DNA of 64,000 bases. Origin: Paraspadella gotoi. Its lineage: Eukaryota > Animalia > Chaetognatha. The notes under the pieces were generated by a model, which searched no databases, had not been told where the DNA came from, and saw only the letters and a list, made by a program, of their open reading frames with translations. Numbering within the stretch: position 1 is the first letter of the stretch; every line of letters starts with the position of its first letter. The stretch is from NCBI GenBank assembly GCA_051294375.1, contig CM119264.1, forward strand, positions 15,835,473 to 15,899,472, written 5' to 3'. The position numbers and the translations under genes are program-made. Shown here piece by piece: positions 39,596 to 53,887 of this stretch.

Positions 39596-39827
39596 TGAAG
39601 AGACAGTAATTATTGATAAGTGTTAATGACAGAACCGTTCAATATAAGCAGTCCCGAGCTTCGGATCAGGCTGTAACACCATAGTTACAGGCGGGTTAAG
39701 CCACCCCGTCCCTCTTAACTGCCAGACGACCACCGGGCTAGAACCCGGACCTTTTGGGTTGGAGGCGAATGACTTCCTCCGGCACCAATGGCGCGGATGA
39801 ACGGTTGGTGGATTTTAGGCCACCATA
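39596..39827 (-). mobile_element. Family A solo-LTR-like element (twister at 39647-39722)
   Basis: Reverse-complement copy of 58944-59175 with 5-bp TSD ACAAT. P3, P4, P5 and T1 are intact. Confidence 0.8.
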
Positions 39828-42800
39828 ACAATTCTATTAATAAATATAAGTAACTTTTTAAAGAAATTTATCATCCCTCACCCTATATTCAGTCATATCT
39901 ACAAAACAAAAAAAGATTTTGCATTGATATTTTGTATATGAACATATGAAACTAAAACATTTCAAAAAATTTTTTAAAAAATAATAATATTGAACAGCGA
40001 ACTTTTTTTATGCACGGAACAGTAACGTTACGCCATTTTTCATTGTGTCATAAATAAAAAATATAGATATGAAAAAGATAAAAAAGAAGAAAGCATTTTT
40101 TTGGACAACTCATTTTCTTTGGCATGGAACTCTTGTACTTTTTGTCGTACATAATTGAGACACAGCTCATATGAATCACAATAAGCCAAAGTTTTCTAAT
40201 ATCTAAATTTTATTTTTTAATTCTCACATTAAAATGCCGAAAAAAAATCTGGAAAGTAACCGCGACAATTTTTTTTTTCATCATGGTATAAATCAAAAAA
40301 TACATAAAAATTTTGAATCTATTGACATTCAATAATTTTTCTAAAACGATGACAGCATTAAAAACCATTTTTTTCTATTTAAGTATAGAAAATTTAAATT
40401 TTTTAAACAAAATATTTATGATATGCTCTATGTACTTTATAAAAGTGTTTTAGTTATTACATTCCCTAATATTATAAAATAATTGTTCCGAATTACCCAC
40501 ATGCTGGGCTAATTCGGAACACTTCAATTTTTTAAAAAATGCAGCCCCTAGTCGCCGCAGGATTAAAACGCCTACATCAACCTGTAGTGGGGACACTTTC
40601 CTAAGTATATCGCCATAAAATTTTATTTCAGAAATATATTTCCTTAAAAAAGTGTTCCGAATTACCCCGCACTACCCATCTATGTATTTTTTTCTATGGA
40701 ATTTACTTTTCAAGTAAGGCTCAATTATTTAGAGTCATTTGAAAAAAATCATAATGTAATAATCTTAAAAATATTAGAAAACCCAAAATAGGTTTATAAT
40801 GTCGGATCTGCCCACGTTCATTAGAGGTAATTAATTTATTAAATCAAGTTAATTAATAAATTAGGCAATTAATTAATTAATTTGATCCGAAATGTTTGTT
40901 TTTAAGTCTTTTCATCACTGACCATGACAAAAGCAACAACAATGATGGCAACGTGGATTATATTATATTATAAGTGGATTATAGAGTCGGAATCTGCGTT
41001 AAGCAGATCCGACTAAAAAATGCGCGTTGAATTTGTAGAGACTGGACGGCTATGATTGTTATAGATTCAGTCCAAAAACTAAATAATCAGCAGGAGAAGA
41101 CTACTTGATCAACAGTATGCCCACAACGTTGACCGATTTATGTCGTATTGTGTAAAATAGTGAATAAATAACCTATTTTCATAGTTTGATTAAGAATAAG
41201 GACGCCTGGGTTAATGGGTAAAATTATACTTATTTTAAAAAACCACGTAAAAATATATAGGCCAAAAGATTATTTGCAAAACAAAGATGTCTATTCACTG
41301 CCAATATTTAGCTTGTCCTATATTGAAAAAATAAAGAAAGAGAAGTGCTTATGGCAAGACAATTAAAAAATTGGAAGTTTAAGCTCGATAGAGTGACCAG
41401 TGAATCACAGCATCTGCTGCATAAAAGTTTTTTACCTTAATTTTTCAAGAAAAATCAGTTCGAGAAGAGGGGATATTCCTTAACTATCCTGAGGTTCCAA
41501 CCTGTAAAATCTTATTTTTTATTTTGGTGATTTAGAACTTGAAAGGTTTGTAAGCAGAAACCAAAGTTGTTATGAGCATTCGACTTTTGTAATGGTAAAA
41601 AATTAAAACCCTCTTTTGGACAAGATTTTTTGCTCCATGAAGAAGAATTTTTTCTAGCGATGCCGAGTTTTTTGTACTGCTTTTGATAGCATTTTGAGAA
41701 TGTTTTAAAGCGTTTTTAATTGGTGTTATAAATTCTTATTGGCATATAGTTTACTTATAATTAATTTTTCTTTCGTATCATCGGATTTGGCTCACGGGGT
41801 AGGTAAGGGTTATTTTGGGTAATGGTTGGTTAGGTATAAGGGTGGTTGGTAGGGTGAAGTGAAAGTTTGTAATCAAAATTTAGCAGTTATATCTTGAAAA
41901 CTATCATATTAGTGAATACTAATCTGTAATTATTTATTTTTTTTATAAATATATACATGGTCACAATTTTACAAGCGCCGGTAGAAATACGCTGTCATTT
42001 GCAAACCAGTGGTTATTTCATTGATTTTAAAAATTAGTTGAGTAGAACATATTAAAGTCATTTATGTGTTCAAATTTTATATTGATCAGTTAAGATATGC
42101 CTTAACAATGAGTGGAGAAAGTTGGCTTGTCAAATCGGGTTTCATTTTCCAACTGTTTTTAAATTCATTTTTTTTTGAACTTTTAGCACTTTTTAAAACA
42201 AAGTATTTATTAAAATAATAACAATATTAATATCCTCAGAAAGCCCTTAAAAATATAAAGAGAAATATATACTTACGAATACTGTAGTATAGACGAGAAT
42301 CTCGCTTAAAAAAAAATTCAACCATTTTTCTAAATAGAGAATTCCGTTCCAATCTGACTACCCAAATTGCAAACGCGTTTGCCAGAAATTCGGTTAAAAA
42401 CACATTGTAAAAACGCACGATTCCGAGAGCGTTACATCTGAAGAGCTTGTCCTATTCCGTTTTATGGCATTTGATAAAGGATTTAATATCAAACAAGCCA
42501 GGGGAAATGCACTACTCATCTCCGGAGAATTTTCAAACCTCATTTTACTATAGAAATGAAAGGGAAAGTTTACAAACTTAAAATTGCAAACAGGATTGCT
42601 ATATGTTCCTGTTACATGAGCGACTTCGAATTTCGCGATTCTGATAGCTTTTGTGTCTGAAGAGCTTGTCCTATTTTTCTTTTTTCATTTTATAATGATT
42701 TTGACATAAAATGATCAGGTTTAAATGAAATAGTCCGGTTTGAATCGCGAAATTTTTATTCAAAAAGAAATTAAAAGGAAGGTTGAGAAAAAAACTGATT

Positions 42801-43476
42801 TTTCCTAATATCTTTTGAAGGAATAAAGATAAAGGGATGGCAATAGTACCAAAATGAAGCCATAATCATAGGGCACATACAAGATACAATTTAGAATTAC
42901 TTATGCTAGAACCTCCTTACAGGGTTAGTGTCAAACTAAGTCAAAATTATAATGAATTTTAAAACTAATGACACCCCATAGAAGATAAATGAAAATTTAA
43001 TTCTTTTTAATGATTCTGAAAGAAAAAAGGCTAAATTGTAAAACTTTAAAGTTTTTTTGATAAAGAAAATTCAAATTTTTTGTCACTTAAATATTTGCTC
43101 GTCTGATTTTACAAGCATGCTTACAAAATTCTACAAAATATTATTTACCCCATCACAGCCTAAGTATTTATCCTTCTTTTCCACCAGCAAAAAGTAAACA
43201 TTATCTTATTGAAGAGAACAGGGATGTTTACTGAAAGGAGCCGGAAGCCATTCAACTTCTTCACTTTGATGTTATTTTTCAATTATAAAATAAGCGAATT
43301 TTTTAATTATTTAATCACAGGCTTCATAAGATATTACACTTTCATAATATCCCAATGTTAATGTAATTTATTATATTTTTTACCAGAAATCTTGGTAATT
43401 ATCCTTTTCTTTTTTCGTTGTTTGAGAGATTAACAAAGTTTGATTTTATTTTTGCAACGAATTTTATTTTACAAGA

Positions 43477-43524
43477 GCAGACATGTTTCGGCTCAGTGCT
43501 CACAATACGAGCCTTCATCAGCGC
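43477..43524 (-). ncRNA. Minimal type I hammerhead ribozyme
   Basis: Inverted copy of the 43991 motif with a 7-nt longer loop 2. Confidence 0.87.
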
Positions 43525-43990
43525 ATAAGAGTTGTGAACTTGATACAAGTTTTTAGTTAAAGAAAGAGAGAGAGAGAGAGAGGGTTATAGGTTTCCAACA
43601 AAAAATTGAGTAAGGACAGTGATCAGTGGTGAGGACAGATTTTTAGAAGTGGCTAGTTTGAATAAGTTTTGAAAAGAAGTGAAAATTGGTGAGAGAGACA
43701 GAGAGAGAGAAAAATAAATAAATAATTACATTTGAGCAATGTACAACATAGATAAAGATAATGGAAACTGTTTATTAACAAATTGAAATAAATTAATTTT
43801 TTGAAATTGAAAAGTTGAAATTGAAATTGAGAAGTTGAAAATTGAGATTTTAGAGGGATAGATAAGTAAAATTGTAGTGAAATATAAGAATTAAGAAAGA
43901 GCTCAAAATGAAACCTTTAACCCCCTCTCTCTCTCTCTCCTCTCTCTCTTTTCTTTAACTAAAAACTTGTATCAAGTTCACAACTCATAT

Positions 43991-44031
43991 GCGCTGATGA
44001 AGGCTCGTATTGTGAGCCGAAACATGTCTGC
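43991..44031 (+). ncRNA. Minimal type I hammerhead ribozyme
   Basis: GCG-CTGATGA-A-GGCTC(GTATTGT)GAGCC-GAAACATGTC^TGC. Confidence 0.9.
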
Positions 44032-44692
44032 TCTTGTAAAAAAAATTTGTTGCAAAAATAAAATCAAACTTTGTTAAACCCAGGAATCTTAAAATAACAG
44101 AAAGTTGTGAATTCCCTTCGCTCGTTAAAGAAAAAAAAATTAACTAGCGGAATTATAAGTTTGTAAGAGGAAGTCAGAATCGGCGAAAATCTTAAAAGGC
44201 GAGAATGTTGAAAAAAAGGGGTGGAATTTTGATGGATTTCCTAAGATTTCTCCACAATGTGAGGTCCGATTAAAGCGAAACTTGAGATTTACAATATTCC
44301 CATCATTCCACATCTATCGATATAAAAATATAAGAAAAAAAGTCACTGGCTTCTTTTTCTATAGCGGCTTCCTATGTAGTATAAAATTTAACTGGCCCAG
44401 CTTTAATTTAATTAGGATATTCAAAAACGAGACATCTTTTTTAAAAATCAATAGCTGTAGAGTAAATTTATAATTTTTATCAAATTGTGATTGGCTATCT
44501 TAAATCTTTTTTTCTCAGGCTCTTTCATGATACTTATATAAATATAATATTTTTTGTTATAAACTAATTTAAACAGGTCATATATTTTGAAAAAAGATTT
44601 GTAGACATTGTTGTGATTCTTTCTTTTTCGTTGTGTTTGTGTTTAAGGAATAACAGATTTTTAATGTGTAACAACAAATTTTTATTTCATAG

Positions 44693-44731
44693 GGACATGT
44701 TTCGACTCTGTGGTTTAGAGTCTTCATCAGC
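44693..44731 (-). ncRNA. Minimal type I hammerhead ribozyme
   Basis: CTGATGA-A-GACTCT(loop)AGAGTC-GAAACATGTC^. Stem I is weak. Confidence 0.8.
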
Positions 44732-45357
44732 ATTTGATTCAATCAACAATTTTCTCTTTAATGTTAGTTTTTAGAGAGAGAGAGAGAAAGAGAGAGAGAC
44801 AAAAAGAGGGAGATTCCAACAAAGAATTGAGTAAGGACAGTGGTTAGATGTGAGGACAGGTGAAGGTAAGGGCAAGGAAGAAGATAAATTGGTTGAAATT
44901 TTGAAAGGTGAAAAAATTGAGGGAGAGAGAGAGAATAACAGAGGCAGAGAAAATAGTTACATTTGGTAATGTACAACAAATTAAAATGGACAAACCTAAT
45001 GTTAATCTGGTAGTAACAAATCAATTAATAACTTAGTTTAACTATTAAGGATGAAATATGAAAGGGAAAATAAGTTGTTAGGGATAGTTAAGTGAAGATG
45101 TTAGTGAAATTAAGATAAAGAGCTCAAAAAAGAGCTGTTACTACTAGATTAAAATTAAGTTTGTCCATTTTTACTTTGTTGTACATTACCAAATGTAACT
45201 ATTTTCTCTGCCTCTGTTATTCTCTCTCTCTCCCTCAATTTTTTCACCTTTCAAAATTTCAACCAATTTATCTTCTTCCTTGCTCTTAGCTTCACCTGTC
45301 CTCACATCTAACCACTGTCCTTTCTCAATTCTTTGTTGGAATCTCCCTCTTTTTGTC

Positions 45358-45392
<35 letters not shown>

Positions 45393-45433
45393 AAAAACTA
45401 ACATTAAAGAGAAAATTGTTGATTGAATCAAAT

Positions 45434-45472
45434 GCTGATGAAGACTCTCAACCACAGAGTCGAAACATATCC
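45434..45472 (+). ncRNA. Hammerhead motif, probably decayed
   Basis: Same core, but ACATAT replaces ACATGT and breaks stem III. Confidence 0.65.
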
Positions 45473-46262
45473 CTATGAAATAAAAATTCGTTGTTACACA
45501 TTACAAATATGTTATTCCTTGAAAAAAGATTTAAAATTTTAAATAATTTACTTTTGACACTCTTAATTGAACCAAGGCTGGGCAGCTTACTTTTTATGTT
45601 AGTGCTTTCGTAAGTATATCATTCTCTTCATTTTTTTAAGGGCTTTCTGAAGATATTAATATTGTTAATATTTTAATAAATACTTTGTTTAAAAAAAAAT
45701 AAAAGTTCAAAAAAAAAAAGAATTTAAAAACAGTGAGTTGGAAAATGAAACCCGATTTGACAAGCCAACTTTCTCCACTCATTGTTAATATTAATATTAC
45801 TTTTTATGTTAGTGCTTTTGTAATTATATCAATCTCTTCATATTTTTAAGGCTTTCTGAAGATATTAATATTGTTAATATTTTAATAAATACTTTGTTTT
45901 AAAAAAATGCTAAAAGTTCCAAAAAAAAACATTTAAAAACAGTGAGTTTGAAAATGAAAGCCGATTTTACAAGCCAACTTTCTCCACTCATTGTCAAGGC
46001 ATATCTTAACTGATCAATATAAAATTTTAACACATAAATAGTTTGTATTTTCTACTCAACTATTTTTTAAAATCAATGAAATAACCACTGGTTTGCATAT
46101 TTCTACCGGCGCTTGTAAAATTGTCACCATGTACAAATTAATAATACATTTGAATTCAACAAAAATATTCAGAAATCGAAGATCAAAAATACTTAAAGCA
46201 GATCTATGTAAACAGATGTAAGTAAAATGGGATAACAAATGAAATGACTTCCTGTATTATAG

Positions 46263-46900
46263 CTATATATTACCGGCCTTGAGATTAATTTTTGAGTAAC
46301 GGTTTTGATCTACTTTTTTAACAAAATAGTTATGAGAAATGTTTCGAAAATCGGCGTGCACTGCTTCACTTGCAGACTCATTAAGAACAGCTAAACCAAA
46401 GCCATACATCTCGATAACCTCTGACATATGCACCGTTAGTAAATGCATTTTAGGAGTTTTACTTAGATTCAATTCTTTCCATGATTTTTTGAACTCATTT
46501 ACGTAACGTATATACTATATAGTCTGTATCCACATCCTAAGAGAAGCACGAAGTTACAACAGAATCAAAGGCTTCAAAGGCTTTTAAAAAATTATAGTGC
46601 TCCAGTGGTAATAATTCATTCAAAACATAAGTATTTTTCAGGAGACTACGATATTCGTTCCCCTGTTTTATATTTAGAAATATAAAAAAAATGTTATATT
46701 TATTCAAAACCTTTTCCAACTCTGAGCAAAGTTCTTTCACTATTCCTAAATATCATATTATAATTAGGTGAGCTTATTTGCTTATAAACGACAAATTGTA
46801 CATATCCTATTGGGAAGACAGTAATTGTTTTCGTCATATGTGTTTGATACATTTCCTTTAATTTTTTCAATATAAAAATCTTCCGATCTGCTTTTAGCAA
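46263..46900 (-). pseudogene. DDE transposase remnant (Transib/Chapaev-like C-terminus)
   Basis: The motif TPKMHLLTVH...GLAVLNESASEAVHADF occurs in broken frames. The superfamily assignment is from memory. Confidence 0.6.
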
Positions 46901-49900
46901 ACAAACTTGCTCGATTGTCGTGATGATTGGTTGGCCCTGGATTGAGCTCTACACCGGTAATTATAAGTAATAATTTTTGACGCGGCGATATTTTTGCAGA
47001 GGATGATGTACCAAACGAAATGTAGAATGTGGAAAATATATAATATATGATTTACAACTTTAAGCTTTATTATTGATTTTTAATAATTATGAGGTAAAAT
47101 ATATTTCTGTTAATTGTTTTCTTAACTTACTTAAGCAATCTCCATGCTTTACGATCTGCAATGCAAGGAATACCCATAATAAAAAATGCATTCTTTAAAT
47201 AACATAAATAAATATCTAACATATGAAAACAGAATATTCAAAGAAAGCAGAAAGCACTTTTAATGGTAAATCATTAATGATTAATCATTAATCAAGTTTA
47301 AGAGAATGAGTGGAGGGTGTAAGAATTAATACCTCTTCGTGTTTTAGCTTCCTTTTCATACATCTTTCAATTATTTTATTATCTCTTGTACCTCTTGTCG
47401 GTTTATTCCTTTCCCTTCAATTTTAATTTATGGTTTAATAAATAATTTTTAAATTCATAAATATTAGAATTAATATAAGATTTTATTCCATAGGAAACAA
47501 AAATAATATTTTAATATATATTACTAAAAAATATTAACTTATTAGCAGAATAAAAGACATTAAAAAGTATACCATGGGTAAGCCCAATAACAGTACTATC
47601 TGAATAATAACAAACTTGAATAAAATACTTTATAATTAAACTTGTTTAACAAATTAAATTTTTCCAAAAAAAAATTTTTTTTGGCTACCCTTATATAATG
47701 TTAACATTTTAAAATGGTTTTTTTAAAAATTCTGATAACAGATTCAGATTCCTCGTTAAAAGTTGATAGAATATAATATATAAATCTTTTTCAAAAATTA
47801 TGTTATTAAATAGGTTAAAATCATAAAAAAACTATATTTAAGATATCGATTTTTAATTTTTTAGTTTTTGATATATTTGACCAACTTAATGAAATAATTT
47901 TTCAAAAATAATTTTTATATCAACTTTTTGTAAGGAACCCAAATCCGATCTTAAAATTAAAAAAATTGCATTTTGAAATTTTAGCCTATTTTATACTTAA
48001 ATTACTTATTATTAGCAAAGGGATTTGTTTTTGGGCAAACAACGATTTTATTTAATATGTTTTATATTAAATAAAATCGTTGTTTGCCCAACAACAAATC
48101 TCTTTGCTAATCAAAAACACTAATGTATGAAATTAAAAAATAAATTTACCAAAATATTTTTATTAGTTTTTATTTTCATGTTTTATATGCTAAATCTTAA
48201 TTTTATAAAATTTTATTATTTTCTTATCACTCTAGTGGTTAGGTCTAGGGGAGGTTAGGATTAGGGGTCGTTTGGGGTTGTGAACGTTAAGAGTAGTTAA
48301 GGGAGGTTAGGGTTTGAATTCGTAAGGGGTAAAGGAGATTTTTGAAAAAGTTTATGTATTCTTACCACTTACTAGTGTTCCTTTTTTTTTGTGCGTAATG
48401 ATATTTCTGATATTGTTGCTCGTAAGAAGCGAAAAAAACAAGTTTGAGCAAACAATGTCGGATCTGCCCACGATCATTAGCGGTAATTAATTAATTAATA
48501 CAAATTATATAAACTAAAAAATAATTTAATTAATAAATTAATTAATTTGATCCGAAATGTTTGTTTTTAGGTCTTTTCGTCACTGATCTCGACGAAAGCA
48601 AAGACGACGATGATGGCGATGACGACAATAATGCAGATAAAGATTGACTTGATTGATTGATTAATTGATTAAATAATTTATTTATAAATAGTTTGATTGA
48701 ATAATTGATTAATAGATAACTAAATAAATTGATTGATTGAATAATTAATTGATTATTTGACCAATTAATTATTTATTAATGAATTGATTAATTGAATAAT
48801 TAACTGATTAATTATTTGATTAATTAATACATCTTGCATTTAATATAAAAAGAAAAAGAAGCATAATCAATTAGTTTTTTGTTTTTTCGATTTAAACTCA
48901 TTTCCACTCAGACGATTCCATCGAAACTTGATTTCCAGCCCCGTCCACTTATGAGTAATTGCCGTTCAAATAGTGAAAGTTTTTTTTATCGAGCCTTGAC
49001 CGGCGAAGCCGGGTCAGAGCTCTATAATGTTTTAGGGTTGCTTCTTTGTGACGTAGTCGTCGCGTCGTCGTCGGTCCGTCACGCTGTTTTCATATATAAA
49101 AACTACTACGCTTTATATAGGTTTGGCTGTGATCTACCGTTTTTTTTAAAATAAAAATTATTATGAATTATGATAAAGTTTTACAAAAGTGTGCGATCAT
49201 AGTAATTTAAAATTTAGATATGGCTTTTCATCTTGAAATAGCTGTGATATTTTCATATTACATTTGGATTTAAGTATTTTTTGTTTGAATTTCCACTTCA
49301 TTATGATTTACTGCAATATGCAAATGAGATTAAAGTACTCATTATAATATCCAAATTAGTATATAAAAATGCTTTAATCTAATTTACATATTGCAGTATA
49401 TAATATTGAAGATGAAATTCAAAAAATTGTGTATAAATTTTTAATAAAAATGGGACTCAAAGGATTTTTTTAATGAGAAGCTATATCTTAATTTTAATAC
49501 AAATATAAATATCTTTTACAAGCTGCGATTGGAAAAATTGGAAAAATTTCCAATTGTAAACATTGTAACATTTTTTGCCTTTCTTTTTATTTCTTTAAAT
49601 TACTATATATATATTTGTCTCTCTTCTATATGTTGTTTTTATATGTTGTTTTTTTATTAGCGTCTTTTTTCTGTTTATGTGGTAGCGTCTGTATATGAAA
49701 TTGGTACAACCAATATAAATATTTTATATGTTTTTTATTAGCGTCTTTTTTTGTGTTTATGTGGTAGCGTTTTCAGTAGGATGATGTAGGAATTATTTTT
49801 ACTTAAAAAACAACAAAAAAAAAACAAAAAACAAAAAAACCAGACTGTCCTTTTGTGTATTGTTAGCGTCTCATTCGTTTTTAGCGTCTCTTTGTTTTTT

Positions 49901-51088
49901 TTATTAGTGTCTTTTTCTGTTGATCTGAGTGCTTATATTATATATATATTATATTATATATATATATACTGATTATAGTTTGATATTTCTATTCATAGCA
50001 ATGTGGTCCTCTGCCCTTTACTTTAACATATTAAACACTTTTATAATGTTTTAGTTTATTTTTTGCTCTCATGTTTTTCATTAATGCTTTATATTTTTTG
50101 TTTTTGTTCTTGTTTTCATATTTTTTGTTTTTGTTTTTATGCATTATCTTTGAACGTTTTATTAACATTGTTTTTCGTTTATGCTTTATATTTTTTGTTT
50201 TTGTCTTTGTTGTCATATTTTTGTTTATTTTTTACGCATTATCAAAAAATAAAAATTATAAATTTAAAATAAAAGCTATTGCTTCTCTTGACATTTGACA
50301 TTTTTCGTTTTTTAGTTTTTCCGGTTTTATAATTTTTACATTTGATCTTTGAACGTTCCTGACAGTTATTTTTTATAGTTTCTTATGTATTAGTTCATAA
50401 CATTTATTAATGATTTAAACGCTAGTGTCTTTTGTTTTTATTGAATTTCAAATATGTAGTTTAGTTTTTACTTGTTTTCCAGTCTTTTTAAACGTTAGTG
50501 TCTTTTGTTTTTATTGAATTTCAATACATAGTTTAGTTTTCCAGTCTTTTACACTGTTACTGTTTATGATTATGTCAATACTGTTTTTGGTATTAATAAT
50601 AAAAAAAAAAAAAAAATCTTTCTCTCTCTCTCTGATCGATTTCATGCTGATCGTTCGTTTTTTGAAAAATTCTGATTATTTTTTTCCTTCTAAAAACTTT
50701 TATTATTGCCATTTATTCCGCGCTTTTTTCACAATACAAAATCCCAAATTTACATCCGAGATTCTCTTGGATTTGTTGGAGAAAATGTTAAGAATATCTT
50801 ACTTTGACCTGCATTTCAACCAACTATGTCGAGGAACATGACCTAATAACGCGTTTTGATGGCAACAGAAACGTTATGTGTATAAAAAAAATCAACTTGA
50901 CCGAGATCACGTCGCCGTTGCTAGGCAAACGGATAACCGATATAAACGAGAGTGATCCTAATATTGCGTATCGGTTGGGCGGGAAAACTTTCTCTCTCTC
51001 TCTCTCTGTCTCTCTCTCTCTCACTCTCTCTATCTCTTTTTTTTTTTTTTTTTTAATTTTTAGTCACTTTTTTTTCACCACGAGTTCC

Positions 51089-51139
<51 letters not shown>

Positions 51140-51174
51140 TACTCTCCTCTCTCTCTCATCTTTCTCTCTATCTG

Positions 51175-51211
<37 letters not shown>

Positions 51212-52283
51212 AGCTTCTTTCTCTCTCTCTTCTCTCTCTTTCTCTCTTTCTGACTCTCTCTCTCTGTACGATCTCTTGCGTGATCGTTCGTTTTTTTGAA
51301 AAATTCTGGTTATTTTTTTCCTTTTTAAAACTTTTGTTTTTATTTATTACTGTAACTTTGGACCGGTCGGCCCACTTTTAGCAAATTATATCAAAAATAG
51401 GAGTCGAGAAGAGAGATATAGACAAATTAAACATTACTTTTTTGTTATTCTGATAATTTGTACTATTATTAAATGTATAAATATTTTTAGTGTATATATT
51501 AAATCATTTTTATCTTTTTTTAAACTAATAATTATTTTAGTTTTGTTAACTATTTATAAATTAATTAAATATGCAAATATAAAATTGACCTCGGTCTGGT
51601 TTCTTCCTAAAAAAAGAACAATCAAAATTTTTATTCAAGATTAAAATTTATTAAAAATGAAAAATAAAATTTTTTTTGATAAGTAAAAAAAATATTTGGA
51701 ATCAAAAAAATCATAGTCGTTAACTGAGTATTGTCAACTATATATTTTGTTAATAGGCGATTCTAATTTTATTTCTATCACGTTCAAATATTTGTTTGTG
51801 GTCTCTCTCTGTCTCTCTCTCTCTCTGTCTCTCTGTGTGTGTCTCTCTCTTATTCTCTCTCGGTCTCTCTCTGTGTGTTCTGTCTCTCTCTGTATGATCT
51901 TTTGTGTGATCGTTCGTTTTTTGAAAAATTCTGATTATTTTTTTCCTTCTAAAAACTTTTATATCGCCATTTATTATTTTATCTCAATACAAAATCCCAA
52001 AATACAATAACTTACTTAACCTAGATTTCGTGGTCGTTGCGGGGCAACAAGTAAACAAATGTCGAGGAACATGACCTAATAATGCGTTACGTGTAAAAAA
52101 AAAAATAACATGACCCAATTTCACGACGGATAACCGATATAAACGAGAGTGACCTAATAATGCGTCTCTGTTGGTGGGAAAATTCTCTCTCTCTCTCTCT
52201 TTCTCACTCTCTCCCTCTTTCTCTCTCTCTCTCTCTTCTATTTCCTTTTTTTTTACCAAAAAATTGTTATTCAGTTTTTTTTT

Positions 52284-52355
52284 GCATCAGCAGGGCGCGA
52301 ACCCGAGTCCTTTGATTGGAGGTGCTCGCGCTACCTCCGAGGCTCCCGGACGAGT
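52284..52355 (-). repeat. Fragment of family D tRNA-like head
   Basis: Reverse complement CTCGTCCG...CGGAGGTAGCGCGAGCACCTCCAATCAAAGGACTCGGGTTCGCGCCCTGCTGAT matches 36737-36822. Confidence 0.65.
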
Positions 52356-52485
52356 TCAGCTTCTCTATCTCTTTTTTAATTATATATTGCTCTCTCTCTC
52401 TCTTTTTCTCCGTCGCTATTGCTTCTGATTCTGATTTGTGACGTCGTCGTCGTCGTTGTCGTTGGCATCACACTTTTGATCTTGC

Positions 52486-53148
52486 CAACTTGCATACTTT
52501 TTAAACTTGCATAATTTTTCAACTTGCATAATTTTATTCATAATTTTTCAACTTGCATAATTTTTAACTGCATAATTTTAACTTGCATAATTTTTCAACT
52601 TGCATAATTTTTAACTTACTTGCATAATTTTTTAACTTGCATAATTTTTTAAACTTGCAAATTTTTTAACTTGCATAATTTTTAACTTGCATAATTTTTA
52701 ACTCATAATTTTTTCAACTTGCTTAATTTTTTCAACTTGCTAATTTTTCAACTTGCTTAATTTTTTCAACTTGCTTAATTTTTTCAACTTGCTTAATTTT
52801 TTTAACTCGCATAATTTTTTGCAACTTGCATTATTTTTTAACTTGCATAATTTTTTCAAAAACTTGTATACTTTTTTCAATTTGCATAATTTTTTTCACT
52901 TGAAAAAAATATGCTAGTTGAAAAAATTATGCAAGTTAAAAAAATTATGCAAGTTAAGAAAATTATGCAAGTTAAAAAAATTATGCTAGTTGAAAAAATT
53001 ATGCAAGTTAAGAAAATTATGCAAGTTAAAAAAATTATGCTAGTTGAAAAAAATATGCTAGTTGAAAAAATTATGCAACTAGCATAATTTTTTTAACTTG
53101 CATAATTTTCTTAACTTGCATAATTTTTTCAACTTGCATAATTTTTTT
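52486..53148. repeat. 17-18-bp minisatellite (AACTTGCATAATTTTTT)n with an internal inversion
   Basis: Tandem array whose orientation flips at about 52900 and back at about 53077. Confidence 0.9.
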
Positions 53149-53887
53149 ATGAAATTGGTACAACCAATATAAAAATTATCCATTCATTTAATAAATAAGC
53201 TATCTTGCCCCTGACTTTGGACAGGCTTTGGTGGTTTAAAGCCTCCATCACTCTTACAAGATAATGACATAGCAGGTCCATGCAAGCTTTCAATCAAGAC
53301 TCTCTCACAATCTCGTTTATTCACTCCCAGAGTACCTGGCTTTTTTATCAATGAAGTGGAAAATATTTCAAAGAATGTTTCAATTGTATGAAAAGACCAC
53401 TCCCTTAAGTATTAGTAATTTTTTATACTTGCATAATTTTTTTAACTTACATAATTTTTTTAACTTGCAGCATTTTTTCGACTTTTAACTATCTAGTTAT
53501 CGAGTTTCATTAGTGAGGCAGTGAGGAAGTTGAAATGTGTGTCCATTTTCTTTGTTTCATATCGATTAAAATATTTTTTGTTTGAATTTCCATTTAATTA
53601 TGATTTACTGCAATATGCAAATTAGATTATGGTAATTTTCTTTGATAGTAAAAAAAGGCGAGATCACTATACTTTTAAGATTTTTTTTTTTCTATTTAAA
53701 CTCATTTGCACTCGCACGATTCATCGAAACTTTATATCCAACTCGGTAACACACTTCCCTACCCACACACAAAATTTCATTCCAATCCATCCATCCAATC
53801 ACGAGTAATTGGAGTTTTTTGCTAAGGTGGGACGGACAGACAGACGGGCATAATTTATTTTTGCATAATTTATCATAATTCGACATT

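Larger units (their letters stand above)
43394..44079. mobile_element. Penelope-like inverted pLTR insertion 2
   Basis: Long minus-strand arm 43430-43912 and short inverted arm 43918-44077, tail 43394-43429, flanked by the near-direct repeat CCAG(A/G)AATCTT. Confidence 0.75.
44601..45520. mobile_element. Penelope-like inverted pLTR insertion 3
   Basis: Arms 44645-45136 / 45154-45520, tail 44601-44644, TSD GAAAAAAGATTT (44589-44600, 45521-45532). Confidence 0.8.

Noticed and set aside
39770-39782. GGCGAATG resembling the HDV J4/2 strand
   Set aside because: No upstream P1-P3 on that strand. It is the antisense of the tRNA-like head.
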